Shown: positions 26,909 through 38,200, numbered from the whole stretch's first letter. The stretch: 57,772 bases of DNA, filler included, from Catajapyx aquilonaris (GCA_000934665.2; 2 parts of 2 records of this genome joined end to end with filler, not necessarily neighbours in it), one strand, 5' to 3'. Numbers and translations: made by a program. The notes: a model not told the origin generated them from the sequence alone.

Positions 26909-28868
26909 GCGTCCAATTAATATTTCATGAACAATAGACATCCGAAAAAAATTTATAACACTAGGTCTTCCCTCTGTGGCCACACGAACCAATAAGCAAG
27001 TTCATACGGCTTCCAACAATAATAGCTCCAGAAGCCGACTAACAGCTATTATTAGTTTAACTCTATATTTTGCCCATTTTTGCCTACTTTTGTGGTGGCG
27101 ACACACACATAATATGACGGGTTATGTTCACAATGAATCAACAACAGGCTGAGCGAGTCACGTTTTGTCATCAACGAGGTTTGCACATACACAACAACTT
27201 TTAAAAATATATATATACACCAAACTCACCATAGAATTATTTTTTTTACTACCCAAACACCCCTACCCACCCCCAACCCAACCACCCAAACCAGGTCGCC
27301 CGGCGTGAGCATGTAAATATAATTATACTGTAGTACTGTAATTATCATGGACAATAGTGTTTATTGTTCACATCCTGTGATAATTTCAACAAAAAAATAA
27401 CGATGACGAAGAAGGGTATATATACACAAATAAATGAAGAGGCGGAAATAAATGGATTCATTTCATTTTAATTTAAGGTTAAATTTAATCTAAGTTACAG
27501 ACTGATCATCGAAATTGTTAAAATCAGCATATAAATGATATTAGGTGTAGTAAAATATATATACATATGACGCTGTGTTTTCAGTGAGCGATTTATGGCC
27601 CCGTTGCTATTATTTATTAAGCAGCTATTTTCGAACAGCTACTTTCTCGAGCTATTATATACAAAAAATATTATGTTTAAATTGACCATTAATAACGGAG
27701 CGGCAATTACTTTCTAAATTTTAGTCAACACGTTCCTTTGTAACACATGACTCTGTTTAAACTCAAAATAGCTATTAAAACTAACTGCTTAATAAGGACC
27801 CTAATTTTATAAATTGCGATTTGAAAAAATAGCATTCAGAAATATTCAACTGGCAGGATTTTACACATACTGTATATAATTTGGATTTAGAAAGATTTAA
27901 CGTCGATTCAAAATCCCGAGGATTCAAAGGGCAGGATTTGAGCAGTTTTTTTAAACAGCTACTTTCACAGGCTATACACAAATATTCGATAAAAAAATTT
28001 AACTGTATTTGGACCTAAATGGCAAATTAATTTCCTAATTTTAGTGACCCAATTTTGATACACTTTTTTTGTAACACACGAGTCCGTTTCATTTAGCTAA
28101 AACTTAAATTAGCTACTTAAAAATAACTGCTTCATAATAAGCAGCTTAATATTAATGTTGCGATTTGAAACATAAAAAATTTAGAGCGATTCACACGAGG
28201 GATTCACACACATTAATATTCGATTCAGCCGGATTTATACAGATTTGAATCTGATTCAAAATGATTCAAACAAATTTTGGCGTAGATTTGAACTGGATTG
28301 AATCTGTTCCTGATGAAGTTGTTAACCCGCAGCGCTCCTTTTCTTAAGCACGTCTTCCTTTATTGGTAAGGGAATAAGGGCTGGAAAAGAACCGTTTTTC
28401 CCAGGCCCTTAAAAGCTCAAGTCATGAGCCAGAAATTTTGCCAATAAATCTCTTTTTCTTCTGGTCCCCCCTCCCCCCCGCCTACTCTTTTTCCTCCCTC
28501 CTTTTCTCCTCCTCCCACCACTTGCAGTGAAGCATCATCAAGAGGTCGGGGCTCCCACAAGAAGCGGTTCCACTTGTTGCACCTTCCTTTTTTGGGGGTT
28601 CTTTTCAGAGGAACAGTCGAAAATTTTCTCCCCCCTTTTTTTTCACTCTCTCTATAGGACCACTTCTTTTGCATCTAGAATATTCAAATGTAATTATCCG
28701 CTCTTTTGATTCGCGCCAACAACTTCACAGTTTGCACACAAAAATTTGCACAAAATTCTAATTGAGGTAAGTGGGTCATTCCATGTCAATTCACCGAGCT
28801 TTTAAGGAAAATTGACCCTTGGGTTGTCAGATTTTGACGAAAATCGGCGAATCGCTTTAATTACGTCT

Positions 28869-28968
28869 NNNNNNNNNNNNNNNNNNNNNNNNNNNNNNNN
28901 NNNNNNNNNNNNTTAATTAATTAANNNNNNNNNNNNNNNNNNNNNNNNNNNNNNNNNNNNNNNNNNNN
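28869..28968. other. Artificial contig spacer (44 N + TTAATTAATTAA + 44 N)
   Basis: Exactly 100 bp and symmetric; the 12-mer puts stop codons in all six frames. Confidence 0.95.
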
Positions 28969-29095
28969 TATCCTGCCACCTTTGCACATGGGTAATGGCC
29001 AAAATTAATTCGCATCGTTGTGGGATAAATCGGTGCAACGATACACCGACGGCAGCGCCATCTCCTAGCGGGAAGCTGCCCCACATTCGAATAAA

Positions 29096-29283
29096 TTGCT
29101 CGGCGCCAAGTAGCGGCTAGCTCGTCATGACGAGGTCAGAAAAAGAGACTCGACCTCGCGGAATGACTTGCTCGGCGCCAAGTAGCGGCTAGCTCGTCAT
29201 GACGAGGTCAGAAAAAGAGACTTGACCTCGCGGAATGACTTGCTCGGCGCCAAGTAGCGGCTAGCTCGTCATGACGAGGTCAG
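29096..29283. repeat. 72-bp tandem repeat (about 2.6 near-identical copies)
   Basis: TTGCTCGGCGCCAAGTAGCGG starts at 29096, 29168 and 29240. Each unit contains the palindrome CTCGTCATGACGAG. Confidence 0.95.
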
Positions 29284-29996
29284 GAGAATATTTTGACAGC
29301 CGCGAGGTCCCGCGACGTGGCGGCTATCCTGAGGCGAGCTCGCCAGCTTCTGGCGACCTAGCGGCAAGCTCGCGGCTAGGTTAAATTTCGGTAAGGGGTG
29401 TTTGTCATCGTGAAAAATAAACATGCAGTTACGATTCACCTGCAGATAACGGAAATTGAGTTTTCTGACTCCCATAATGATCATTATTATAGGCCCTACC
29501 TGATTATTACAGTCATGTTGCATCCACTGAATTACAATTTTGAGGGTCTAAGGCTAAGGCAGGCTTCATACATGGCTCATTCATGGATTTTGCCTTCCTC
29601 CTACATTAAAAAATACACAAGCAGTTTATTAATTAAAGGGAATTAGAGGGAGCAAACAAGTAGCCTTTTCCTTTTTAACAGATGTCATTTTAGTGTCCAT
29701 TATACTGTATTGTTCCGATAAAGCTCAGGTAAGACTGACGTGCTCAGGATGTTGTATCTTTGGTCTTGGTTCGCACAATGTCGATACAAATGGGTAAAGG
29801 CTACATGCCAGCCTTATGCACCACGGTATTGGGTTTCGGGTAATCATAAATTCATGAGACCTTATTGAACTAGAAGCGCCCAGGTAAATTATTTTTTTAT
29901 CATAATACGTAGATGCAAATATCACCATGTGATCAGAACCCTTGCCCTCGCCCTCACCCGCACCCTTTGTTTCTAATTGCAGTCAAGTACCGCAAA

Positions 29997-31806
29997 ATGG
30001 GAGGCAAGAGCAATGGCTTCGACAAGGGTCTGGAGCCTGAGAGGATCCTGGGCGCCACAAACCCAGGCGGGGAACTCCTGTTTCTCATGAAGTGGTTAGT
30101 GTGACACTATAATTATGCAGTTATTTCGTCTGCCCATGATTGTCATGCACATTTTTATTAGCCTACATATGCTAATGTATTCTTTACTTTTTATGCTATG
30201 CTTAAAATTCACAAGATTATTCTTTACACAATAATCGTTGGCATATACAGTAGGTCTATAGCCATATACATGCAACTGTGTGTTCCGAGTCATTGCACTT
30301 TGTGAATGACATGAATGGGCGTGTTCATAACAAAGTTACAGAATAAAAATTAATGAAACAACACGTAGGTGATTCAATTGACTGTAGCATTTCTTGATCA
30401 TGACACATTAATGTTTGTCATAAACAGGTCATATAAACTAGTCACTTCAAGCAATAAATTTATGAACGTAGCCTACTGAATATTTTAATTTTGTGTAATA
30501 GACAGATTTGAATAATCTGGAACCAAGTGGAAAACCTTAGTTACACATAGACTACTGTGAATGCCGGTGATGTGCATGTAAATTATGTTCATGTCACTAT
30601 ATATGCCCATGTATTTTTGGTGGAACGTGTGAAATAAATATATTAAATGTGTGTACCGATCAGCCCTTTGACACTCCTCGAATACGGTAGTGTAATAACT
30701 GTGCCCCATGGTTCGCTAAGACGCCATCTTGTTCAAGGTGCAACTCCTGTGGTAGGTAGCGGGTAGCCGGGTAGTCTGCCGCGATTAGTTCGATCTTTCT
30801 TTCATTCCGCAGACTTACCACTAGGGTGCACCTTGAAAAAGATGGCGGATAGCGGGGCGACACGGTGGCCGAGTGGTTAGCGCCGCAGCATTCCACCTCT
30901 AAGGTCCCGAGTTCGATCCCCGGGTCGGATGGAGGATACTTGTGTGGATAGAGTTTCGATGGGTTCTCTCCGTGTTCGTGTGGGTTTTCTCGGGGTTCTC
31001 CCGTTTCCTCCCACTATCAAAATCCATCACATTTCAGGCAAATGATTAAAGTCGGGTTTTCAAAAGATGATCCCCTAAGAGGCCCAAGGGGCCTATCACG
31101 GGGTATCCATTATTATAGATGGCGGATAGCGAACGATGTAGCGCCGCCAGCGCCAAAATCAGGGCCAGGCGGAGACACAGGAATTAAACTACAGTGTATA
31201 TATGTTAGACTCAAACCCCGAAAACGGCCATTGAGCGAAAAAACCGTCCATTCTGCAGAATGATCTGTGCCAAACCCGGCACAGATCATTCTGCAGGGGG
31301 GAAGTAACATGGGGCTGGTATACCGATATTGGCGAATGTGATAAAAATGTGCGTAACAATAGCCACAATGAACCATTTCCGCAATTTTTCAGGCCAATTC
31401 CACTACCCTGCAATGATTTTGCAGCATGGGATTGGATGTGTGACCTGACCTAATCCGAGCGTGCTGATTTCATATCTGCTTTCAATTTATGCATATTACT
31501 TCATAAGATTTTCATGCAATGATAATAATGCTTATAATTAAAGTTATCAAATAATACATAAACAATATTAACCTACTCAATTACCCATCCAAATTATCAG
31601 TACCAAGAGTGCATCATTTTATATAATTCTGTGGAGCACCCATGAACCACTGCCATCATTTTGTAAAGTAAATTTTTCTTCTTAACAGGAAAGGCAGCGA
31701 CTTGGCCGAGATGGTCCCTGCCAAGGTAGCGAACACTCGCTGCCCACAAATCGTAATCCGGTTCTACGAGGAGAGGATTATCTGGCACCGCCCCAGTCAT
31801 GATTAG
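29997..31806 (+). CDS. HP1-family chromo shadow domain protein, apparently CSD-only (71 aa); coding exons 29997-30094 and 31689-31806
   Basis: Spliced product [71 protein letters not shown] matches the CSD pattern GFxRGLEPEKIxGAT...FLMKWK...AN.KCPQ.VI.FYEERL.W. Phase-2 intron GTTAGT...TTAACAG; ATG in CAAAATGG context; exon acceptor at 29981-29982. Confidence 0.92.
30855..31116 (+). mobile_element. tRNA-derived SINE (family A) in the CSD-gene intron
   Basis: A-box GGTGGCCGAGTGG, B-box GAGTTCGATCC, ATT tail, TSD AGATGGCGGATAGCG at 30840-30854 and 31117-31131. Homologous to the copy at about 54716-55020. Confidence 0.9.
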
Positions 31807-31940
31807 GAGAATGGAGGCTGAGAGAACTAGATCCAGGAGACATTGTTTCAACTTGCACAGCATGTAGGGGATGGGGGACTATGTAATGTGAAGAATGAAA
31901 CTGGAAGCCCGAAATAATTGTTGGTTATTTAAACTCCTTT

Positions 31941-32257
31941 TTTATAGAGTTGTACCCCGTTATCTGGCCGATAGGCCATTTCTAGGGGAGTGGATTACCA
32001 CCATTTGGGGTTTGGAGCGATATACATATATGTATTTAATTGCTCCAAGGGTAATTGCCAAGTGCAAGTGCAATGTCGTTGCTTGGTCATTTTGTGAACT
32101 CCCCCGGGTGGGTTAGTCTATCGGAAATTCCCACCCGAAACGAAGCCAGAGATGGCCCAACTCTGCACGAAAGAAGGTGGGAACCCCGGGCGGGGATTGA
32201 ACCCGGGACCTTAACTTCCGTGAGCGCACGCGTTACCTCGGCGACACTCCGTCTCCC
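31941..32257 (-). mobile_element. tRNA-derived SINE (family B)
   Basis: Minus-strand head with B-box GGTTCAATCC; TSD TTAAACTCCTTT at 31929-31940 and 32258-32269. A related copy lies at 36034-36391. Confidence 0.85.
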
Positions 32258-33875
32258 TTAAACTCCTTTAATTCCTACGTTTAACTTTACGAACAAGCAG
32301 TCTTGCTTTCCTCCTACCTATACCCATTGCACATATACCCCCCTCAATGTAGTGAAACATGCCTAAATTCACTAGTTTGCACCTGCTGCCACTTTTGTCC
32401 AAAAATGTGCTGGCACAATCTCACCCCGTTTTACAGTATTTATTCATACAGTATCCTATTCTCATTGAAAGGCTACAAGTGTGGAGTATCTCCGTTTTTG
32501 TCAAGTACGTTGAACAAAATAAATTTTGAATGGACGTCCATTCAACCTTAAGCTTCCAATTTGTCAGTGCCCCTTTGTCATTTTAAATTTGATGTTGTTT
32601 CATTTCGATTTGGTTTTTTACCTGCAGGCCCAAGATGTTAAAAGTGGCGGAACCTGCATTTGAAAAGATAATGATCTCGGATGATAAAACAAGGCGATAA
32701 CTATTTTTGCAATGCACATAAAACATGAAACATGTGCACCAGGGCTACAACTGTGATAATTTTTGACGAGGTCCTGCAATTGTATACAGTACTGTACATA
32801 TTTCCTTTCAACGAAGGTTCAGAGCCTCAAACCTCCTCTTCCCACCCCACACGAAAAAATGCATATTTTTTCCTTAGATGCCCTTCCAGGTGGATACTCA
32901 CTTGTCAATCACTTTGCGGTATGAATGGTCGTGAAATGTAGCTTCAAAGGATGTTTCAGGATCGATTTTGCAGTGGCCCAACATAATTTTTATTGGAAGT
33001 TGTTCATAATAACATTTGGTGACAAAGAGTGTTAAATGCAGTTTAACAATTTTTGTTATAGAAGAAGACAGTGAAACCAATGAAGCATGACAAATACCAG
33101 GATCACCACTACAGGGCTGGCAACAATAACCTGGAGTATGAAAGCAATCTGCTCTTAAAAGACGATAATTTGCATTTTTTTGCCTTTGAAATATACATAA
33201 ATTTAACATGCTTTTAATGACATAGGTACGAATAATTTATTTTAGTCTGAAAACAATAAAAATATATTGTGCGTATTTTCAGTTTTGTTGCATGTAAAAT
33301 TTTCCATCCGGCCGGAGTGTTAAAAAATTGAATTTTGCCACACGCTCCTGTCTTCATGTGTTTTCCGGTCGAAGGTTACCATCAGAGTCACATTTTCCGT
33401 ATTTGAGTTGTCACCCAGTTCAGAGCCTCCTCGATTCCATCTCCTGTCAGGGCGCTTGTAGAAATCACATGCTAGTTATGGTTTCTTAGCACCCTGGTTA
33501 GGTGCAGGGCCTTCATCAGGCTGTGCCTTCCAACAGCTGCAGCCCAAAATGAGAATCAAAGTTAATGTATTTTCCACTTTTTACTCGATTTTGTAATTGA
33601 TCGAACTTCTTTTTTTAAATCTAAGACAAACTAAGTAACAATTGCCTAACTTGTCGAATAAAAACTGGAAACTTATCCAGACAGAACATTTGCGTACTCA
33701 CAAAAAGTAGGATTTCAAATTTTGTCGCGTATAACGTAAACCTTTCCCGTCACCTGCCCGTCACTATACAGCCGAAATATTTTGCAACATCAGTGAGGAT
33801 GGCCGGTGACGGGGATCGACACCGGGCCTGTACGACCGGCAGCTATTTTACTCTCCTGTCCTGTCATAATCGTAT

Positions 33876-34232
33876 TTTTTTATTTTTTTATTTTGTTTAC
33901 CCCGTGATGACCCTTATGGGTGCTATAGGGGGGGGTGGCATACCACCATCAGTTTTCTGTATATATTTTCTGCTTCATTCTCCGGTGCAGGGAAACAGGG
34001 ACAATGGGAAAGGATAGGGAATTTTGGGGAGGGAACATGGGTGCAAGGTGCAATGTCGTAGCTAATGGGTCATGTGCTGTTCCCCAGGAGGTTAGGTTGC
34101 CAGACACCTCCTTGGTGCAGGTCAGAGACCCTCCTGACGCAGGTGAAAGGAAAGTTCCCCAGGCGGGGATCGAACCTGGGGCCTTTCACTCAGCAAGCCG
34201 TGACGTTACCATCTCGGCCACCACACCTCCCC
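33876..34232 (-). mobile_element. tRNA-derived SINE
   Basis: Head GGTGGCCGAGATGG ... GGTTCGATCC on the minus strand; TSD GTCATAATCGTAT at 33863-33875 and 34233-34245. Confidence 0.85.
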
Positions 34233-34275
34233 GTCATAATCGTATATGATTATCGCGGCAATTATAAATCTAGAG

Positions 34276-34607
34276 CAGAGGTTCCCAAACTGTGCTCCGC
34301 GAAGCTTATATTCTCTAAGTACTCCGCGAAGAGGTTGGGAAAAGTTATACCCATTCAAATCTCACAGTAGCTTGTGTGACCTTGAATCCAAAAAAATTCC
34401 TACGGCGGCCATTCGCCCCTCGCCTTCCGATTTCTTATTTGGCGCTCCCCCCCCCCCCCCCCACCCNNNNNNNNNNNNNCCCCCCCCCCCCCCCCCCCCC
34501 CGCCGAACTTTTTCCTGGCTACGCGGCTATATAGGTGATGGTAGTGCTCCGTCACGAATATCTCTCCTGAAAAGTGCTCCGCGACTCAAAAAGTTTGGGA
34601 ACCTCTG
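34276..34607. mobile_element. hAT-type MITE
   Basis: TIR CAGAGGTTCCCAAACT / AGTTTGGGAACCTCTG; imperfect 8-bp TSD ATCTAGAG / ATCTAAAC. Confidence 0.8.
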
Positions 34608-35498
34608 ATCTAAACTGTAGCAGAAGTGACTCTAGTAAACATTACTTGTGGCACATATTTTAGAGATTAGACCTGGCCATTTTCCTTCATTGTAATTCTG
34701 TCAGGTACGGGTGTATGCAATATCAGGTGGAAGTGCTCTTAGTAGGCTATTAGGCTATAATAAGAAAAACCTGCTTGCTGGTCGTTCTTGTTTGCCAAAA
34801 CTAAGACACTGGTGTGTCGAAGCTGGACGTCAGCAATGATGGCCTCCAGTTCCAGTCTAGCTTCGGCAAACCTCGAAGGGTCGCTAATGTCCACCATATA
34901 AATTAATATCTGGGATCTAGCACAGTAATACTGCCAGAGTTGACGAACATGCCCGCCAACGTCCTGTTAACAAACTCGAGAGTCAGTAGCACCGCAACAC
35001 ATCTCGCAGCGAGAGTGACACTTACAAAGATCTGGAGGTCGACATTCTTCCAGCTGATAACATCTACGTTAAACCCAATCGTTGAGATACACCGGATTGG
35101 CTGCTGGACCTTCATCCTGTAGAGCATGGCTGGATTTCTGAGTTAAGGTTAAAAGGGCGAAAGAAAACGCCAGGAAGCAAAATCTGTCGTGTACGAATAC
35201 GCTGCATCCAGTGCATGCAATGTTTGGAGATAATAATGAGATAATCTGACAACTACAGGATCACACAATGTTCATTTACGATACTCCCAAATAAAATGGC
35301 CGGAATAGGGGCCCAATTCGGGCCACTTTCAGATTAGTTTTTAAAGCTATAAAAGATACTTACACCAGGAATTTTAATTTTTTTCTTACACTTTTGTAGA
35401 GGATGGTTTAAACTTTCCTACCATTATGCAATTTATTAAATGTAGCCAATAGGCTAGCGGAAACATTTATTGCTCTTTAAGGTTCTTTGGTCCATGTA

Positions 35499-35663
35499 CA
35501 GTCGGCTACAGGAGTATGTTACCAGACCCCTAACCTAGAAATTAGCCTCCAACAGAGGTGCTGCCTAGGGGAGTGAGATTTATTGTATCAGGGGGAAGCA
35601 GCATCTCTGTTGGAGGCTAATTTCTAGGTTAGGGGTCTGGTAACATACTCCTTTAACCGACTG
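35499..35663. mobile_element. TA-flanked palindromic MITE
   Basis: CAGTCGG..AGGAGTATGTTACCAGACCCCTAACCTAGAAATTAGCCTCCAACAGAG is mirrored almost perfectly at the right end. Confidence 0.85.
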
Positions 35664-36033
35664 TACCATACACTCTCATTCTGTTTCCACTTATATACGG
35701 TAAGTGTGAAATAATATTCATAATTTTTCACTTCATTATGTGGAAGAGTGCTGTCCACTGAAACAGCTCATTTTACTCTATATTTTCATTTAAGTCGTCT
35801 TTTTTCATCTGAAATTGTATTGAATCGTTACAGCTTTTCTACATCAATAGAAAGAATAATTATTCCAAACATTTTTGCTAAACACAAGGAAAACATTAGT
35901 GGAAAGTGAAGATTTTTAATGGAAAAAACAAGCCGTGGTAGAGAAATTTTCACTGCTTTTTCCCACGAAAAGTTCTTCATTTTCCTCTTCTGGGCTTTTC
36001 CCCTTGCCCTCTTCCACTTATATTTTCCGTATA

Positions 36034-36391
36034 ATAATAATTAATTAATTAATAATAATTGTGGGGGTAGTGCTTCACCTTTCGGCGTTCGGCACGGACC
36101 TTTATTATTTGATCGTACATAGTGTACATACAAGTTGGATCCATTGAGAAGCGCCCGGGCCCACGGGCAGGATGTCAGGAGGGGATGTGCAAGTGCAGTG
36201 CATCTGACGTGGTGGACATTTTTAGTGAACTCCTCCGGGTGGTTTAGTCTGTGGAAATACCACCCGAGACGGGGCCAGAGGTGACCCTGAACTCTGCACG
36301 AGATGAAGGGGGTGTCCCCGGGTTGGGTCAAACCCGGGACCTTAACATCCGTGGGCGCATACGTTACCGCAGCACCACTCCGCCTCCCCTG
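36034..36391 (-). mobile_element. tRNA-derived SINE (family B)
   Basis: Similar to 31941-32257; TSD TTTTCCGTATA at 36023-36033 and 36392-36402. Confidence 0.8.
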
Positions 36392-36459
36392 TTTTCCGTA
36401 TATATTAAGCAGTGGAAAGGTTCAGCAACATTATTAATTATGTGAGAAAGAGATAATTA

Positions 36460-37006
36460 CAGTAAAAGTCGAATCTCCATGGGACTGGAAAAAAACTTAT
36501 AGAAGATTCGAGTTAGAGAAGTTTGGAATAGCACATAACTCTATAAGGAAGCCTATACCTTCATATCCAGCGACGAAAGGTGTTCATAACTTAAAATAAC
36601 TATCACTTACAATGTTCCTCGTTGTTTTGTTGTAAAAAAAAATCTCCGTTATGGACATTTGCCTACTCTTAGATTCAAGGATTCAATTGTCACAACTGAT
36701 CGAGTCAAACACTTCTTTCGGTACCTCTATCTGGTAGACGGAGATCAGTAAATCGAGCCTTTCTGTACATGTGGCCTACTCTCTCCCCTTCGTCTGAGAA
36801 ATGAGAAAATTTTGCGTACTCGCCAACATGAACATCGACTTCGGGAGACTGAAAATGTATTGATATCCCATCGTAAGGCCCTGCCTGCACTTCGAGTTAT
36901 AGACATTCGAGTTAGGGAAGTTTATTTCCTATTATTTTACATTGGGACCAACCAAACTCAGCATTTTCTTCGACTTAGGGAAGTTCGACTTATAAAAGTT
37001 TTAGTG
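36460..37006. mobile_element. pogo/Tigger-like non-autonomous element (CAGTA ends)
   Basis: Reverse-complement homolog of 52026-52832, sharing ATCCCATCGTAAGGCCCTGCCTGCACTTCGAGTTAT and TTCGACTTA subterminal repeats. Confidence 0.8.
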
Positions 37007-37558
37007 TATTTTTTTTTCTTTACCCCGATGGGCTATAGACAGCCTTGCTGGGGGAGACGACCGGGTACATGGTAAGAAAGAGATAATATGAAGAAAGATT
37101 CTGCAATAATTTACGGTGGAAAAGGCGACGTAAATGGAAAAATAGCGCAAAGTACTGCAGCATTTTGAAGTGGAGAGTATTTTCTCTTATTTAAGTTGGA
37201 AAAAGGCGCATTCTCCATTTAAACTTATGTGCTCATGAATTGCAACATTGTAAAGGATACTTGTCTTCCCAGCGCCATCGAGTCCTAGGATGGTAAGTCT
37301 GGCTGTCTTCTTGCCAAAGAACTTCGAAATTATGGTTCCCATTTTGTGTATATATTATAGCTGAAAAAAGAAAAGTAGTCTCATCCCTCGAGCGTGACAT
37401 GTAAGTGTGGCATGGAATTAACAAAGATAGCTATACTATGGGTCCCATGAGAACAGTAGGTATGGTGCCCTTGCAGTCGTATGCGTAATATATTGTGGGG
37501 CATATAGAAAACACATACATTGAATATACAAACTTATCACACCATCTTCGGAAAATGT

Positions 37559-37890
37559 CTGCACCTCAAGTATCATCACGCAAACAACGAATATTAGGCA
37601 ACTCACCGTCCTGATCAGCGACTTGTTCGATTGGTACGAGTAATAAAGCTGAATCACTGGTGTCCTTTTATAGACTATAGGCAGCTGGGAGAGGAAATGA
37701 TAAATAGTGTCTAGTATTTGGCTTTTTTAAAAAGTAAATAGAGAAAAATTGGCAAGTCCCTCGGGAGTAAATTGGAACTTGTTGCTTTGTAAAACTCTTT
37801 TGCAACAATGAGTGTTTACGTGGAAAACCCATGGAAACCACTGGATCTCACTGCTGATCATAATTATAGACCACATTATTTTATTCAGCG
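37559..37890 (-). other. Putative non-coding 5' exon plus 48-nt intron of the Arf-like gene (leader copy 1)
   Basis: Donor GTGAGT at 37606 and acceptor TGCAG at 37559; paralogous to 38923-39240. Confidence 0.55.
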
Positions 37891-38200
37891 CACATGAATA
37901 CAGTGACACCCACACACGCGGTGTTTCAGAAGGATGCCTACTACAAACTTTTAGGGTGACCGTATGTTGTGGGGTCACTTGGGTCTCCGATCTCGAGGCA
38001 ATGGCCTTTTCATATTAGTATGACGTATCCTGGAACAGTGGAAGGTTTGCATCTGACCACAAAAGGACAGCAGTCCGAAAAGTCCACCCTTTAAGCAGCT
38101 TGCACCCACACAACCAACGACACGGGTCGGATGCAAATAAATTGCCCATTTTCTCGGTGATTAGGCTGCGGACATAGATATCGGAATACTATTACATGTA

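Larger units (their letters stand above)
33388..37342 (-). pseudogene. Divergent ADP-ribosylation factor (Arf/Arl) family GTPase with one in-frame TAG; exons 37342-37261, 35129-35026, 34963-34771, 33536-33388
   Basis: Spliced: MGTIISKFFGKKTARLTILGLDGAGKTTMLYRMKVQQPIRCISTIGFNVDVISWKNVDLQIFDVGGHVRQLWQYYCARSQILIYMVDISDPSRFAEARLELEAIIADVQLRHTSVLVLANKNDQQAAVGRHSLMKALHLTRVLRNHN*HVISTSALTGDGIEEALNWVTTQIRKM*. Gly2, P-loop, TIGFNV, NKxD and SA..G.G motifs are present and all exon phases are consistent. Family assignment is secure; pseudogene status is not. Confidence 0.85.

Noticed and set aside
29096..29283. CRISPR array (palindromic repeats with 72-bp period)
   Set aside because: The entire unit is repeated, so there are no variable spacers.
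30855..30930. tRNA genes (also near 32180-32257, 34165-34232, 38430-38500, 49558-49630, 54950-55020)
   Set aside because: A/B boxes are present, but each continues into a SINE body with a simple-repeat tail and TSD; no complete cloverleaf is evident.
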